The notes under the pieces are model-generated. The model was not told the origin of the DNA. It did no database searches and saw nothing but the letters and a program-made list of their open reading frames with translations. DNA of 64,000 nucleotides from Octopus sinensis. Taxonomy: Eukaryota. The stretch covers positions 164,858,001 through 164,922,000 of the forward strand of contig NC_042998.1 of NCBI RefSeq assembly GCF_006345805.1. The letters run 5' to 3'. Below are positions 23,545 through 37,112 of this stretch, one piece after another; the stretch's first letter is position 1, and each line of letters opens with the position of its first letter. The translations under genes and the position numbers were made by a program.

Positions 23545-24070
23545 CCGGCGACCGCAGCAGGTATGGTTATATCAAAGATATAAACACGAGTGCTTTTACG
23601 CACCACAATTCCATATGAGAGGTCCTCTCGTAGTAAACAATGCAGTATTCTGTGTTTTAACACAACATCCTGTTTTAGTTGAAGATAAATATTACCTTTT
23701 TGTATTAATAGTGCTTCTATCGCTTTTAGCTAATTTTTAATAAACCCACTGACTATTTGCGACATCTTTGCCTGAACAGACACTGTGATTCTATATTTCA
23801 TTGATGGGGATATCAGCTGCTGTTTCTAGCAGGACGTCTGCCATTAAGAAGCCCAACTAAGGGTAAAATCGAGTGATCTGATAGCTTCTGTGGCCGCAGC
23901 GGACGGTTATCGACCGTCAGTGATATAAACTCGAACGCTTTTATGACCGCAAGTCTATATGACAGGTCCTCTCGTGGTAAATAGCGCAGTTTTCTGTATT
24001 CTATATAGCATCAAGTTTAGTGGAAGATAAATATTACCATTTGGTATTAATGCTGCTTCTGTCCCTATTA
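23545..24070 (+). repeat. Diverged local tandem duplication of a ~190-bp block (23545-23730 / 23890-24070)
   Basis: Shared GATATAAAC..., AGGTCCTCTCGT.GTAAA and GAAGATAAATATTACC.TTT.GTATTAAT. Confidence 0.75.
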
Positions 24071-24259
24071 ATTACTATTTAAACTAAATAGCAAGTGCTG
24101 TAAACGCGCTAAACATTAGCAAAACAGTTAATTGCTGTCCTGAATTCAAACTCTAAGATGAAAATCAAAGCGCTTGGGTATCTGAACTTGTGTAACTTTA
24201 TGTGTCTTTATTATACATAACTCAAAATAGTGAGACTGAAATTTCATTAAACCCTTTCT

Positions 24260-24655
24260 ACGATAGAAATAAGGCCTGAAATTTGGGGAGGAGGAATAGT
24301 CAATTGTATTGACCTCAGTGTTTCATTGATACTTAATTTATCGACCCCGAAAGGAGAAAAGGCAAAGACGACCTCGGCAGAATTTTAACTCAAAATGTAA
24401 AGACAAACGCAATGCTGTTTGTCAGCTTGCCGCTTTTAATAACTAAGTTATTGGGTTCAAATTTTGGTAAGTTTGGAGTAGGGGATTAGTCGATTATATC
24501 GACCCCAGTGCTTAACTGGTATTTAATTTATCGACTCCGAAGGATAAAAGGCAAAACCAATCTTGGCGAAATCTGAACTCAGAGCGTAAAGATGGACCAA
24601 ATGCTGCTAAGCATTTGGTCTGGAGTGCTAACCATTCTGCCAGTTCGCATGCTTT
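24260..24655 (-). mobile_element. Two adjacent family B SINEs in tandem
   Basis: Both carry TTAATTTATCGAC.CCGAA.G...AAAGGCAAA. Confidence 0.8.
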
Positions 24656-25280
24656 GAGTTTTTGTTAAACACTCCGTAGCATGAGAAAAACTTATTTCAA
24701 ATCGCATTTATCTTATTAAAACTTATTGAGCAATCTTGTAGCTTTTGAATATTCTTGATGTTTTTGAGGAATATATGCTGTCATATAGCTACAATTCCAT
24801 GATGTGAATTTTAGACCCGAATTTTTCAATCACTTTTGGTGTTGACAATCTCACCCCTAGGAAGATTCCGTTCAAACTTTTTGACGTTTCAGTAGTCTTT
24901 GCATTAAAAGTCATGTTCTGCTTTACATCTGTTACCAGTATATAAACGAGTATATTTTGAGCAACATCCTTTCTGAAACCTACAGATGAATGAAATAGAT
25001 GTGTGCATGTAATGAGAAACATTTGTCTTCCTCGGTCTCGGTTCAAAAACTATACATTGTATCTCGACTTGAATAACCTTTCATTAATTTTTCAGTTTGT
25101 TCGATTAAAATATATGTGCATGTGTGAAGATATACATAAGAGAGGAAGAGAGAGGAAGAGAGGGAGCAAGAAATACGTAAAGGAATCTTTATTAACGAAA
25201 ACTCTCATGGTGAATTCAAACATCATAACTTATATCTATAGTTGATCTCGCTTCAAGAAACATTGTTGATAAAGCCTTAT

Positions 25281-25341
<61 letters not shown>

Positions 25342-25344
25342 AAC

Positions 25345-25375
<31 letters not shown>

Positions 25376-25644
25376 AACACACACACACATAGAAACACGC
25401 ATAATAGAACATTATAGTATGTATATAGATATATACACTTATATATATATATGTGTGTATGTGTGTATATTTGTGTGTGTGTGTGTCTGTGTGTGCGCGC
25501 GCGCGTGCATGGGAGTCTATCGGCATGCGAAACGCACAAAATTTAAGCACATAAGCCTACATAGAGAGAAAGATAATGAGGGATTGAAAATAAAATACAA
25601 AAATAGACAGAAACAGTGGGAGCGAAAAAGAGAATGAAACGAGG

Positions 25645-25700
<56 letters not shown>

Positions 25701-26276
25701 GGGAGGGTGAAGGAACGTAAAAACACACGGATATGTCACATCAATGAGCGAGTGAGCGGTTGAAAAGAATGATTTTCAGACATCAATGAGAATGGAGGAA
25801 GCACTCGGGTAGGAAATTACTGTAACAATACTAAACTGAAGCAAGACATTTTTGAACGAAGAATTAAAATGGCGTCAGAGTTTGTCATTGTTTCCACTTT
25901 TATATTATTTGATTCGCTTCAAGAAATTAAATATCCTTCTCAGGCTTTTCACCTTAAATACAGTCCATAACATCGGTGTTTATTAGTTTTTCATAGACTC
26001 CTTGCGCCATACCGTCCAAACTTTTACGACCATACCGAAATTGGATTCGTCGAGAAAAATAATAAATGTAACGTAAGCGCACAGACATACACATCTACAC
26101 ACATACCCACATATCCACACCTATATTTCTTCACACACCCACACATACACACACTCACACACACACATGTTTATATATGTATAATATATATGCATATACA
26201 TACATATACATACACACATATATCCATTCCCATACACACACATACATATTCATAAATACATACGCGTGTATGTGCG

Positions 26277-26320
<44 letters not shown>

Positions 26321-26327
26321 ATATATA

Positions 26328-26367
<40 letters not shown>

Positions 26368-26432
26368 TTGTATATATATATATACATATATACATAGATA
26401 GATATACATATATATACATACATACATATATA

Positions 26433-26500
<68 letters not shown>

Positions 26501-26924
26501 AATGCATATATATGCATTCACATATATCTGTCCACACTCACACATACACACATGTAAATGCATACATTGACACATATATATATACACTGCATGAATTTGA
26601 GATATAAATATAACTGGAAAGGATAAAATTTGAGACTCTCTTCCTTTTATTCGAATATTCAAACAAAGAAGATTTAATGCAGTCAGCAGATTGCGTCTGA
26701 TGATCCACAACGCACAGACATAAAAGTAATTCTATTCTCTATATCCGGGACAACGTTATTAAAGGCTTTAATTTTTAATCGAGGTTTCGTTCTAGCACAC
26801 ATATATACTTCCTTTTTCATTACTCTACCTACTTTTTGTTTTTGTATTGCTTTTTTCATCATTTTTTCGTGCTTAGCAGAACAAGTAACGCAACGGACAA
26901 AATGTCTCGTTGCTTCATTTAGGT

Positions 26925-27456
26925 ACTTCGGCGAGCTGGTAGCATCGTTTGCGCATTGGGTAAAATGCTTAGTGACATTTCTTCCGACTTTTTACGTTCT
27001 GAGTTCAAATCATACCGAGGTCAATTTTGCCTTTCATTCTTTCTGAATCAAGTATCGCGGTGATGTAATAGACTAGTCCCCAGCAGTAAAAATGTTTAAC
27101 CTTGTGGCTATAGTAGAAAAGTTTATAATTATTATTAAGGCAGCAAGTTGACAGAATCGTTACCGCCCAGGGCAAAATGCTTAGCAACATTTCTGTTGAT
27201 TTAACGTTCTGAGTTCAAATACCTATTTCTTTACTACCCACAAGGGGCTAAACACAGAGAGGACAAACAAGGACAGACAAACGGATTAAGTCGATTATAT
27301 CGACCCCAGTGCGTAAATGGCACTTATTTAATCGACCCCGAAAGGATGAAAGGCAAAGTCGACCTCGGCGGAATTTGAACTCGGAACGTAACGGCAGACG
27401 AAAAACCGCTAAGCATTTCGCCCGGCGTGCTAACGTTTCAGACAACTCACCGCCTT
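26925..27456. mobile_element. Cluster of three family B SINEs: two on plus (26925-27090, 27138-27220), one full-length on minus (27222-27456)
   Basis: Homology to the other family B copies. Confidence 0.85.
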
Positions 27457-27539
27457 CAAATACCGCTGTGATAATAAGTAGCAGTTGAAAACGAGGGAGT
27501 AATATAATCGACTAACTGCACTTCGCTTAGAATGTTGAG

Positions 27540-28080
27540 ACTAACATAGGTAAAAAATTCCTGGCTTTATTGGGTAAAAATTTCCCAAGTGAATCATAAA
27601 TACAGGAAAATTCTTAATGGGCGTTCGGTAAATATTTCATACAGCTACAGCGCCAATATGAAGGGTATTATCACTCGTAAGCTTGCCTATTCCTAATTGT
27701 CAGTGCCGAAACCCCTTGAAGCTTACTCACCCGTTTATGAAAGTGAAGTCACAGTAGTGACCAAAAAATAATGAAATACAAAAGAAAAGCTATGTCGATT
27801 TAGTTTTGCTTATGTATTGGAATGACACATAGACAAAAATGTAGCCACTAAGTTGGCTGGCCATATATAGAAAGCTGGAGGCCAACTACAACCCACATGC
27901 AATCAAGTGGAGCATCGTGGAAAAGGCCACGCAGTGCGTAAACGGCTCAAAGTGATGCATGCTGTGTTACCAAAAGATTCTTTTTAGATCCACCACACTA
28001 CTTAATTCCAGATCCGAAAGTTTTGGCAAATGCGAGCACATAGACAAAGTTCTTTTGTTGAAATGGAAGACACCACCTTC
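27540..28080 (+). pseudogene. Penelope-like element, C-terminal GIY-YIG endonuclease region, decayed
   Basis: TNIGKKFLALLGKNF(P)..HKYRKILNGRSVNISYSYSANMKGIIT...NCQCRN...IKWSIVEKATQCVNGSK...CMLC...LLNSRSESFGKCEHIDK follows the order of conserved PLE endonuclease-region motifs. Confidence 0.85.
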
Positions 28081-28402
28081 TCCGGATTAATCATGTTGTT
28101 CACAGGCTTTGACCACCTTCCCGTTGTATTATTTAACATCTGCTATACAATTTATGCTTTCGATGGACAAAGGAAACGCAATTGTTTTCTTTCCCTTCTT
28201 TCTTTTTCCGTTTCTATTTGCTTTCTCGGTCCATTTATTCTTATTCCACCTTTTACTTTCACCTTCTCGCCTTTTCATATGTTTTCTAATAGACCAGCTC
28301 ATATAGTAGCTCATATTTAAATACTGTGTGTATAAAAATGATATATATCTCACACTGGATGGAGTACTTTTGTTTGTTGATCCTACTCATAAATAAACAG
28401 CA

Positions 28403-28443
<41 letters not shown>

Positions 28444-28746
28444 TGGCCCATTGGTTAGGGCAGCGGAATCACTGTCGTAGGATCGCGGTTTCGATTCCCA
28501 GACCGGGCGTTGTGAGTGTTTATTGAGCGAAAACACCTAAAGCTCCACGAGGCCCCGGCAGGGTGGGGGGGATGGCAAACCCTGCTGTACTCTTTCACCA
28601 CAACTTTCTCTCACTCTTTCTTCTGTTGGCCTGCTCACTTAGCCAGCGGGGTGGCGTCATTTGAAGGCTAAAACAATGCGAAACGCATTGTGACCAGCGA
28701 TGTGTAGCAACATCTGATAGCTTGGTTGGTCACGGTGATCACGGTG
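28444..28746 (+). mobile_element. tRNA-derived SINE of a further family, single copy here
   Basis: TGGCCCATTGGTTAGGGCAGCGG (A box)...GGTTTCGATTCCCAGACC (B-box-like); body ends GTCACGGTGATCACGGTG at a (TA)n tract. Confidence 0.7.
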
Positions 28747-29229
28747 GTATATATATATATATATATCGGTTTAGAAATGGCCTTGGCTCGAAACTCTAAG
28801 CCTTTGCGTTACTTCTTTAGCACCATCATCTAATAAAATATAGTTATGTGGGTGCGAGATGTGTTTGTGCATACATGTGTGTACGTGAGACCGTGTTTGT
28901 CTGTATATGTTTGTGCTTGTGTGTGCGCGCGCGTGCGCGCGTCCGTGAGTATGTGAGCGCGCGCGTACGTGAGTATATTCACATAGTTTCGGTAGCTTTA
29001 TGCTTTTCTGTCAATAGCTATCTACAGTGTGATCAGTATTCAGTCTGTCAGACAGTTATTTCTTGGCTCAGAGCACTACGCAAGCATTTTACGTTGACAC
29101 ATGACAAATGCTGCGATGATTTTTCCCATTTTTAAGAACATTCCATGCATCGGCCATTCTCGAGTCCACACTCCAGAAATCTTGCTGACGTCATTTACAG
29201 CACATCAATCAGCAACACCCTCACCCCGC

Positions 29230-30130
29230 TACCCTAACTATGCTAATATCTCTTTCTTGTAACAAATCAGTGAAAACAAAACCTCTAAGACCTGCTAGAA
29301 ATAGCAGCCAGTCTCTCTCAACTCCACCGTCTTTAAGTTGGAGTATCAGATGGGATAACGTAGTCCTGGATGATCACTGCTGGATTAATTTTGATCAGAG
29401 CTCTACAGGATCTCACTGATAACAAATCGGCGAGAAGAGCTTGCCAAAAATAGTAGCCAAATCTCTCTCAAATCGAGCCGTCTTTAAGTTCAAACAGTGG
29501 TTCTCAACCGGAGTCCATATGGCCCATGAAGATCCGTATGAGATTTTGGGAGGTCCAGGCAACAAAATATTAAATTGGAAAACCTGAAAATTTTTACTTT
29601 TAATGTATTTATTACGAGAAATGGCTGTTTCTTTCTCTAATATTTTACATAGTTCAACCTACACAAATTGATGTGTGAAAAACAAAATAGGAATTTTGTA
29701 AAAAAATTTTATAAAACTAGTTTTCAAACATCGAATAGCTATTATGATCCGCCAGAATAATTTAGTAATTAAAGGGATCCATAGATTTTTTTTAAATGGT
29801 TGAGAACCCCTGAATTAGAATGTCAGATGGGATAACATAGTCCTTGTTGTCTGAATAAAATACGGGGTAATCACGGCTGGATCGATTTTGATCAGAGCTT
29901 TACAGGATCTAACTATGCTAATGATATCTCTCTTGTAATGATTGAAAAAGAAAAGCCCCTACGACCTGCTAGAAATAGTAGCCAAATCTCTGTCAAGCCA
30001 AGCCGTCTTTAAGTTAGATAGTTAGATGGGATAATGTAGTCCTAGTTGTCATTAGACTGTCTGAATAAAACACGATCATTGCTGGATCAATTTTGATCAG
30101 AGCTCTGCAGAATCGGTGAAGACCTGAACT
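29230..30130 (+). repeat. Three tandem diverged copies of a common short repeat (family E)
   Basis: CTGCTAGAAATAG.AGCCAAATCTCT...GTCTTTAAGTT...AGATGGGATAA...TTTTGATCAGAGCT recurs three times; related fragments at ~18070, 23815, 51680 and 59750. Confidence 0.8.
29495..29812. mobile_element. hAT (Charlie-like) MITE nested in the family E array
   Basis: TIRs CAGTGGTTCTCAACC / GGTTGAGAACCCCTG; decayed 8-bp flanks AGTTCAAA / AATTAGAA. Confidence 0.85.
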
Positions 30131-30734
30131 CATACAACAATAACATCAATGTCGACGCTATTATGTTTCTAATAAAGGCACAAGGCCTGAAATAACTTTT
30201 ATTTTTTATCGTTTACTAGTTTGTCATACTGCAAAATTCCTAATTCTTTGTTTTTTTTTTTTAATTTCTAGTATAAAATTAATAAAAGCATGATAGTAAA
30301 ACAAATTTACTAAACAAGAATAGTGTCTTACATCCGCCAAGGATGCAGGAGGGATGTTGGTTAATTTAATATCAAGATTTCGAATTTAGCGCCAAAGATG
30401 CCCGAATCTCTTCGTCAAATCTGCCAGGGACAACTACTATAATTCACTGCCATCATGCCTGTCAAGTCATTTGAGTGGTCGAACACAATTGAAACAAACG
30501 AATCGTGCCAAATTATTTATTAATATAAAAGAACGATATCATTTCTAAAAATAAGAACGTTAGTGACCGCGAGCGTAAAGCCGTATAGGCAAATTAACAA
30601 ATCATATATCAGATATATAAATATATCTATATATACTAGAGTACTACATAAGCACCTGCTTCGCTAAAAATAGAAGTCAAAGTACTTTTCAGCCACAGAA
30701 GAATCACTAAATTAATACAGGCATGACGTATATA

Positions 30735-31930
30735 TCCCTAATTTTATTTTATTTGCTTTGCGGGGCGACTGTTTTGACGAAGTCGCATGTTGTCCCAACG
30801 CTCGAAATGCGGAGTAGATGAAACAATGGATAACTGATGAAGGGATTGTTCTTTATGTTGCCGCTTTCGTTTTTATATTTGTCTCTTTCGTTGTTCAAAA
30901 AAAAAGTCCGTTTTCCATGTTTTTGTAATTCATCTTCTCATTTTTCGTTTACGTTTTTTTTGACGTCCTGTACCCATATATGCATGTGTATATACATATA
31001 TATGTAAGTATAAACATGTATGTATGCATATATGCATATATGTTTCCGACGAAGAGCTCCGCTCGAAACGATAAACCCTCCTTCTTTCCTGAGCGTCCAA
31101 TAATACTATATTTGTTCCACGTCCTCTCGCGTTGTTGTGTTTTTTTGTGCTTTCTTGTTTGGATTAACTATATATATTATTATTATTATTACATGATCGA
31201 ACGCCACGCATCCATTTCCAAGTAAGTTTTATCTTAATAATTCTAATGTGACACTATGCTATCACTATTGCTATTTCTCTCTATCTTCCCCTTTCTATAT
31301 TCTTTTTTTCTCTCCTACACTTTCGCTAATTCTTCTCCTCCCACTTCACCTTTCTCTATTTGTCCCTCTCTCTCCCTCACACTTCCTCCTTCACTCTCCC
31401 GTTGCTCACACGTGACCTGCGACCATCTCTCCTTTCATAACTCGAATTCATTTCTTTCTTCTCGTTCAGCTACAAGAGACACCACACATTTTTGTCTGTC
31501 TCCTGTCAAAGCTTGTTCTCCAGCGTTCACCACTTCACCTCGTTCGTTTTAACTAGCCTGTTTTATTACCAACTTTGACCCTCCGCAAATCCCAAATTGT
31601 ATTTAGTTTGCTTTGCGGGAGCAACAGTTTTGACGAAGACGCATCTTGTCCTAACGCTGAAAATGCGGAATAGATAAAACAGTAGACAACTGTTGCCTGC
31701 CTCGCTTTTCTATTTGTTTCTTTCGTTCAAAAAAAAGTTCGTTTGCCGCGTTTTTGTAATTCATTTCGTTTTTCATGTTGTTTACGGTTTTTGACGTACC
31801 CATATATGCATGTGTATATACATATATATGTAAGTATTTACATGTATATATATGTGCATATATATATATATTATTTATATTATTATATGATCGAACGCCG
31901 CGCATCCGTTTTGAAGTAAGTTTTACTTAT
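30735..31930 (-). repeat. About 1.5 tandem units of the ~0.8-kb repeat seen at 1-1040
   Basis: Reverse-complement matches, e.g. GAACGCCACGCATCC...AAGTAAGTTTTATCTTAATAATTCT (~31200) against 504-570. Confidence 0.8.
31042..31180 (+). mobile_element. Hammerhead-headed ~140-bp mini-element, copy 1 (U16.1 mutated)
   Basis: GUUU-CCGACGA-A-GAGC-UCC-GCUC-GAAA-CG-A-U-AAAC plus a tail ending GGATTAAC(TA)n; homologous to 39365 and 57045. Confidence 0.7.
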
Positions 31931-32067
31931 ATATATATATATATATATATATTTCTGTCGCCGACATATACTGAACACTCATTTTTGTTATATTTTTTGC
32001 TTTCTTTAATACATATATATAGACATACACACACGCACGGACACTCACACACACACACACACACACA

Positions 32068-32127
<60 letters not shown>

Positions 32128-32221
32128 CACTTTCATTGACATAAAGTTTCCTTAAAATTAGATATCTAATATAATAAATGTGAAAACTAATTTCTGTGTG
32201 TCAGTGTGTCACACTTTGACC

Positions 32222-32277
<56 letters not shown>

Positions 32278-32610
32278 TTCGCTGTTCAATGTCACTCCTA
32301 CTATTGCTCATGTTGGGGTGAGAGTAATAGTTGGAATAGAGATGGTGAGTGCGGTGGCGAAGACAAACAGAGAAAGAGAAAGAAAAAGAGAGAAAGAGAA
32401 AGAGACAAAGAAATTTAAGGAGTGTTGATGATTTTTTATTAAAAGTAGTAGTGTTGATGGTGCAGTGGAAGTACTAATGAGAGAGAGTGGGCATGTGACA
32501 GAAGGAAGGACTGAACACTGAACCAACATACTGAACTAACCCTGGTAACTATTTATTTTTTCCGTGTTATTTGTATACATTGAAAAAGACACATACATTT
32601 ATATATATAC

Positions 32611-32665
<55 letters not shown>

Positions 32666-33247
32666 TGTTTGTGAGATTCTTAACCACACAGTTATACCTC
32701 CCACACTGATTTACATAAATTTGCCTAGCAAAACACTGCAAGCTCTAAACTACTGATGTGTTGTATTCTCCAGCATTTCTCTTTCAAATACTGTAACATC
32801 GTTTCCAAGTATTCCGTTTCGCCGAGAGTCATCAAATTCACGGCAAGAGTTCAGTCAATTATATTGATCCCAGTACTTGACTTGGCATTTTTCTTTTACA
32901 AGCATCGTGGTTCAGAAGTTGTTGCTAAACGGCACAGACGTGGCTGTAGTTAAGACATTTACTGAAAATGGTACTTCCCTTCCCACGTGAACATCCACTA
33001 TAAAGTCAGACAGTCAGTCATTGTAGGAGGTCAGTAGTAGTGGAGTCATTGTACGAGTTCTCAGTTGGAGTTAGTGTCAGTTACGTGATATATGCGAGTT
33101 CGAGTAAACGTCAACGTAGACGTTTCAAAGTCATTGTTTTCCGGAGCTATCAGCGACAGCACGATAGACGAGTGAAAAATAAGACGCAGAATACCGCCAC
33201 AACATAATCGTGGTGACAAGAATATTACAGTACCGACAATAACACAC

Positions 33248-33745
33248 GGAGGTGTGAGTTCGAGTCTCATAGCCGGCCGCCAACACTGCAAAACAGGAGT
33301 AGCTTATCCTGTTCAGGCTTTATTATTAGCATTATCCTGCGTTTGATAATTTAAAATCACTTCTTTAACTTTCTAAGACATCTCAACGCTTCTAAAGCAA
33401 ACTTGGTTTGTTTGTTTACGTTCATCGTAATTTGAAGTTAATATATGATAGCGTCTCATAAAGCGAAATTTCTATCTATCTTAAATTTGCGGAAGAATTT
33501 GTGGTGTGAGCGGTTTAGCTTAATGGTTTAGAGCACCGTGACGCGTAATCCCGGAGATGTGAGTTCGAGTCTCATAGCCGGCCGCCAACAGCCCCACCCC
33601 ACGTGCAAAATAGGGATAGCTTATCCTGTTCAGGCTATATTATTACGAGAATTTGAAATCACTTCTTTAACTTTCTAAGACATCTTAACGCTTCTAAAGC
33701 AAACTTGGTTTGTTTGTTTACGTTCATCGCAATTTGAATTTATAT
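33248..33745 (+). repeat. Tandem duplication (period ~330 bp) headed by a tRNA-like sequence
   Basis: GTGAGTTCGAGTCTCATAGCCGGCCGCCAAC and CACTTCTTTAACTTTCTAAGACATCT...GTTTACGTTCATCG are each present twice. Confidence 0.9.
33509..33587 (+). pseudogene. tRNA-like sequence (CGT in the anticodon position, Thr-like) ending in CCA
   Basis: D arm GCTT-AATGGTTTA-GAGC, T arm GTGAG-TTCGAGT-CTCAT, loop CGCGTAA. Position 33 is G and the acceptor stem is incomplete, so it is unlikely to be a functional tRNA. Confidence 0.6.
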
Positions 33746-35076
33746 ATATATACATGTTTCAGTGTTGTGTTTGTTTCGTCATTGTCCCGTACATTCGTTA
33801 GCTATTCCCAGTGGCTTTTTGCTGCTGGTATCACAAATAGGGAACAATATCAACGTTAAAGGTGCGAAATTGTAATGATCGTTTGGACTTTTACTGATGA
33901 GAAATAAGCTAGGAATTTTCTGTTTGTTATATTTTTGTAAAATTTTCCCTTTGTTGCGTTTTTATTAATTTTTTCATATATAATTCCCAGACCAGGTGGT
34001 GCACTATGTTCTTGAGCAAAACACTTCATCTCGAGTTGCTCTGCGATCATTTCGTCATCTGGCGTCTGTTACACTTTGCATCTCTTCAGACTACGTCGAT
34101 TCGATGGACAGAGTGAGTTCATGTACACTATATGCATTTAATCTTTATAAAGAAATAATTTATGCAGGTTGTTCAGCAAGAAATTTCAGAACCGTTTTTC
34201 TCGGACAACGTCAGACTATTATCCTTCAGATAGGTGTGTGTATGTCTCTGTATTTGTGTGTGTATATGTGTCTTTATGTTTGTCCCCATCCGACCGTCTG
34301 ATAACCGTCGTTGGTTTGTTTATGTCCCTTATCTTAGAAGTTCAGCAAAAGAAACCGATAGAATAAGTACAGGACTTCAAAAATGAATCTGAACTGGATT
34401 GATATTTTCAGCTAAACCCACCACTGTGATGTCCCAGCATGGCCGCAGTCCGTTGAAATGAAACAAATAAAACATACAAGACAAAGATAAGGAGGTAGCA
34501 GCACGAAATATTTGGCTTCTTCCTGTCCGTACAGTAACTATTAATAATTATTCAAACTACCGCAGTTCTGCGAAAGCGCTCTAAGAACCAGCTGGTGAAG
34601 GTGATGGCAAGTTGGGAGGCGTGATAAATCTACGACAAATGTTAAGCGTGAATAGGATTCAAAGCAAATTCGAGTAAAGCTTGACATTTTTACAAGTTAC
34701 CACTGTCATCAATTTGACTTGTCACCTACTTTTTTATTTCTATTTTTATTTGTTTATTTATTTACCATTTATTTATTGAAGTCTCTTCCCATTCAATATT
34801 ATTGCTACATCTATTATCATATACAAGTGCCAAAACAAAACTCTTAACATCACTATCACCAATACGCACCTCCACTACCAACAACGACAAGAAGCACCAC
34901 CGGGGCCACCATAAACATCACCAATACCATTAATAACTCTATCACAAAGTCTACAGCTGCTACCGAACAAGAACACAGAGAACCTCATCTTCTTGTTATA
35001 GTTCTTGGTTAAGACTATTCAATATATTTCTTTCTGAATTCTTCTGGAAATGACACATGTCCCTTCTCTTTCTCTC

Positions 35077-35113
<37 letters not shown>

Positions 35114-35233
35114 TTTATGTATATGTGTGTGTATGTGTGCGCGCATGTATATATATATGAGTGTATGTATTATGTATGTATTATATGTATGTATGTATGT
35201 ACATACATATATAAATATATATATATAGATATC

Positions 35234-35276
<43 letters not shown>

Positions 35277-36180
35277 CTACATATATACATCAAATGAAAT
35301 AAACAACAGAAAACAAAGGATGTTCGGTACACGTACATATATAATATCTACATATATGTATATACATTATTGCATGTATACATATATATATATATAATAT
35401 ATACATATATGTAGGTATATATAATATATATCTATATATACATATATGTATGTATGTAGTATGGATATTATATAATATATATATATATATATATAAATAT
35501 ATGTAAATATATTATATATATCTATATATATATATATATATATATATAGATATATATAATTATAATCACTTTCATTCTTTCTCTCTTTTAATCACCTTTT
35601 TTTTCTATCGTTTGACTTAAACATATGCATACACACATACACACACTCTTACACATGCGCACGCGCAGCCACAAGTAAAGATATGTGTGTGGCTTTTGAG
35701 TTTTTGTATGTGTGTGTATGCATGTGTTTGCATGAGGGAGAGGCTGTGTGTATGTGTGTGCGTGCGTGTGTGTGCGGCTTGTTATTTCACCGAATCTAAG
35801 CAATTGTAAACATTTGAATACCTTTCCAAGGAAAGAAAATTAAAATTTGTTGTAAACATATCGCAAACGAAAATGTTAGTAACCAAACGGGATATTGAGC
35901 GATTATAATGGTACTGACTGCGCGTCAGAAAAATTTTTTTCTTCTTCTTCATTTGTTGTTAAACTATTTTGCAGATCAATCTGCTCATATTGGATTTTGA
36001 TAAATATTTAATGGCGAAAGTACACAACACACGTATATAATATATATATATATTATATATATATTATATATATTAATATATATATATCCGCGAGCGCGTG
36101 TATGTACATAAGCACGCACGTAGGTATATAAATATATATATTATATATATATATAATATATATATATATAATATATATAT

Positions 36181-37112
36181 GCCCTCTCAGACATGCCCTC
36201 AGCCACGCAGAGAGCCACGATCACAAGTTATGCAGATGATACAAAAGTTTCACAGGCAATACAGAACCTGAAGTCACTAAGCACCTGCAATGTGAGCTGG
36301 ACAAAATATACAAGTGGGCTGAAAAGAATAGCATGCAGTTCAATGCTGAAAAGTGTCAAGCTTTATGCTATCAGCATGCAAACTAATGCAATACCCAATG
36401 AATACACTGGACCCGGGGATTACACCCCAGAGGCACAATCAGTGCGTGACCTGGGTATTTACTGAGTGATGACGCAACCTTTCATGTACATGTTGCTAAA
36501 TTGGCAATGAAATGTAGACGGCTGGCAGGATGGATTCTTAGAACCTTTAGAACAAGAGAACAAGAAACCATGATGGTCCTCTGGAGGACACTTGTCCTAA
36601 GCCACTTTGACTATTGCTCTCAGCTATGGTCACCATCCAGTGTCAAGTTGATCACAGAACTTGAGGCGATCCACGAAGTTACACGAAGAAGATAGCCTCT
36701 GTGCAGCATATAAGCTACTGGGAAAGACTCAAGAGATTAAAACTCTATTCCTTGGAGCGTAGGCGAGAAAGATATGCCATAATATACATCTGGAAGATCC
36801 TGGAAGGACTTGTCCCAAACTTTGCATCGAGAGTTACACAAATGCCAGAACTGGGCGCCACTGCGTGGTGCCAAGGACTCCAAATTTGCCATCAAGATGT
36901 AGTACAAGATACTGTGATAGCCTGGGCTTCAGAGGCCCACAGCTCTTCAATATCCTCCCGAAGAACCTGAGGGACCTGCATGGGGTGGATGCGGATGTCT
37001 TAAAGTAGGACTGGATCTCTTCCTGTCAGGTGTCCCGGATGAATCAACTTCACGGCAGAAGTGCACATAAGGGCGCTGCATCGAACTCTCTCATGCACCA
37101 AATGGCAGTTGC
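36181..37112 (+). pseudogene. CR1-group LINE 3' half (RT motif YADD through the C-terminus)
   Basis: ITSYADDTKVSQ...VRDLGIY...ILRTFRTRE...LVLSHFDYCSQLWSP...SYWERLKRLKLYSLERRRERYAIIYIWKILEGLVPN; multiple frameshifts. Confidence 0.92.
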
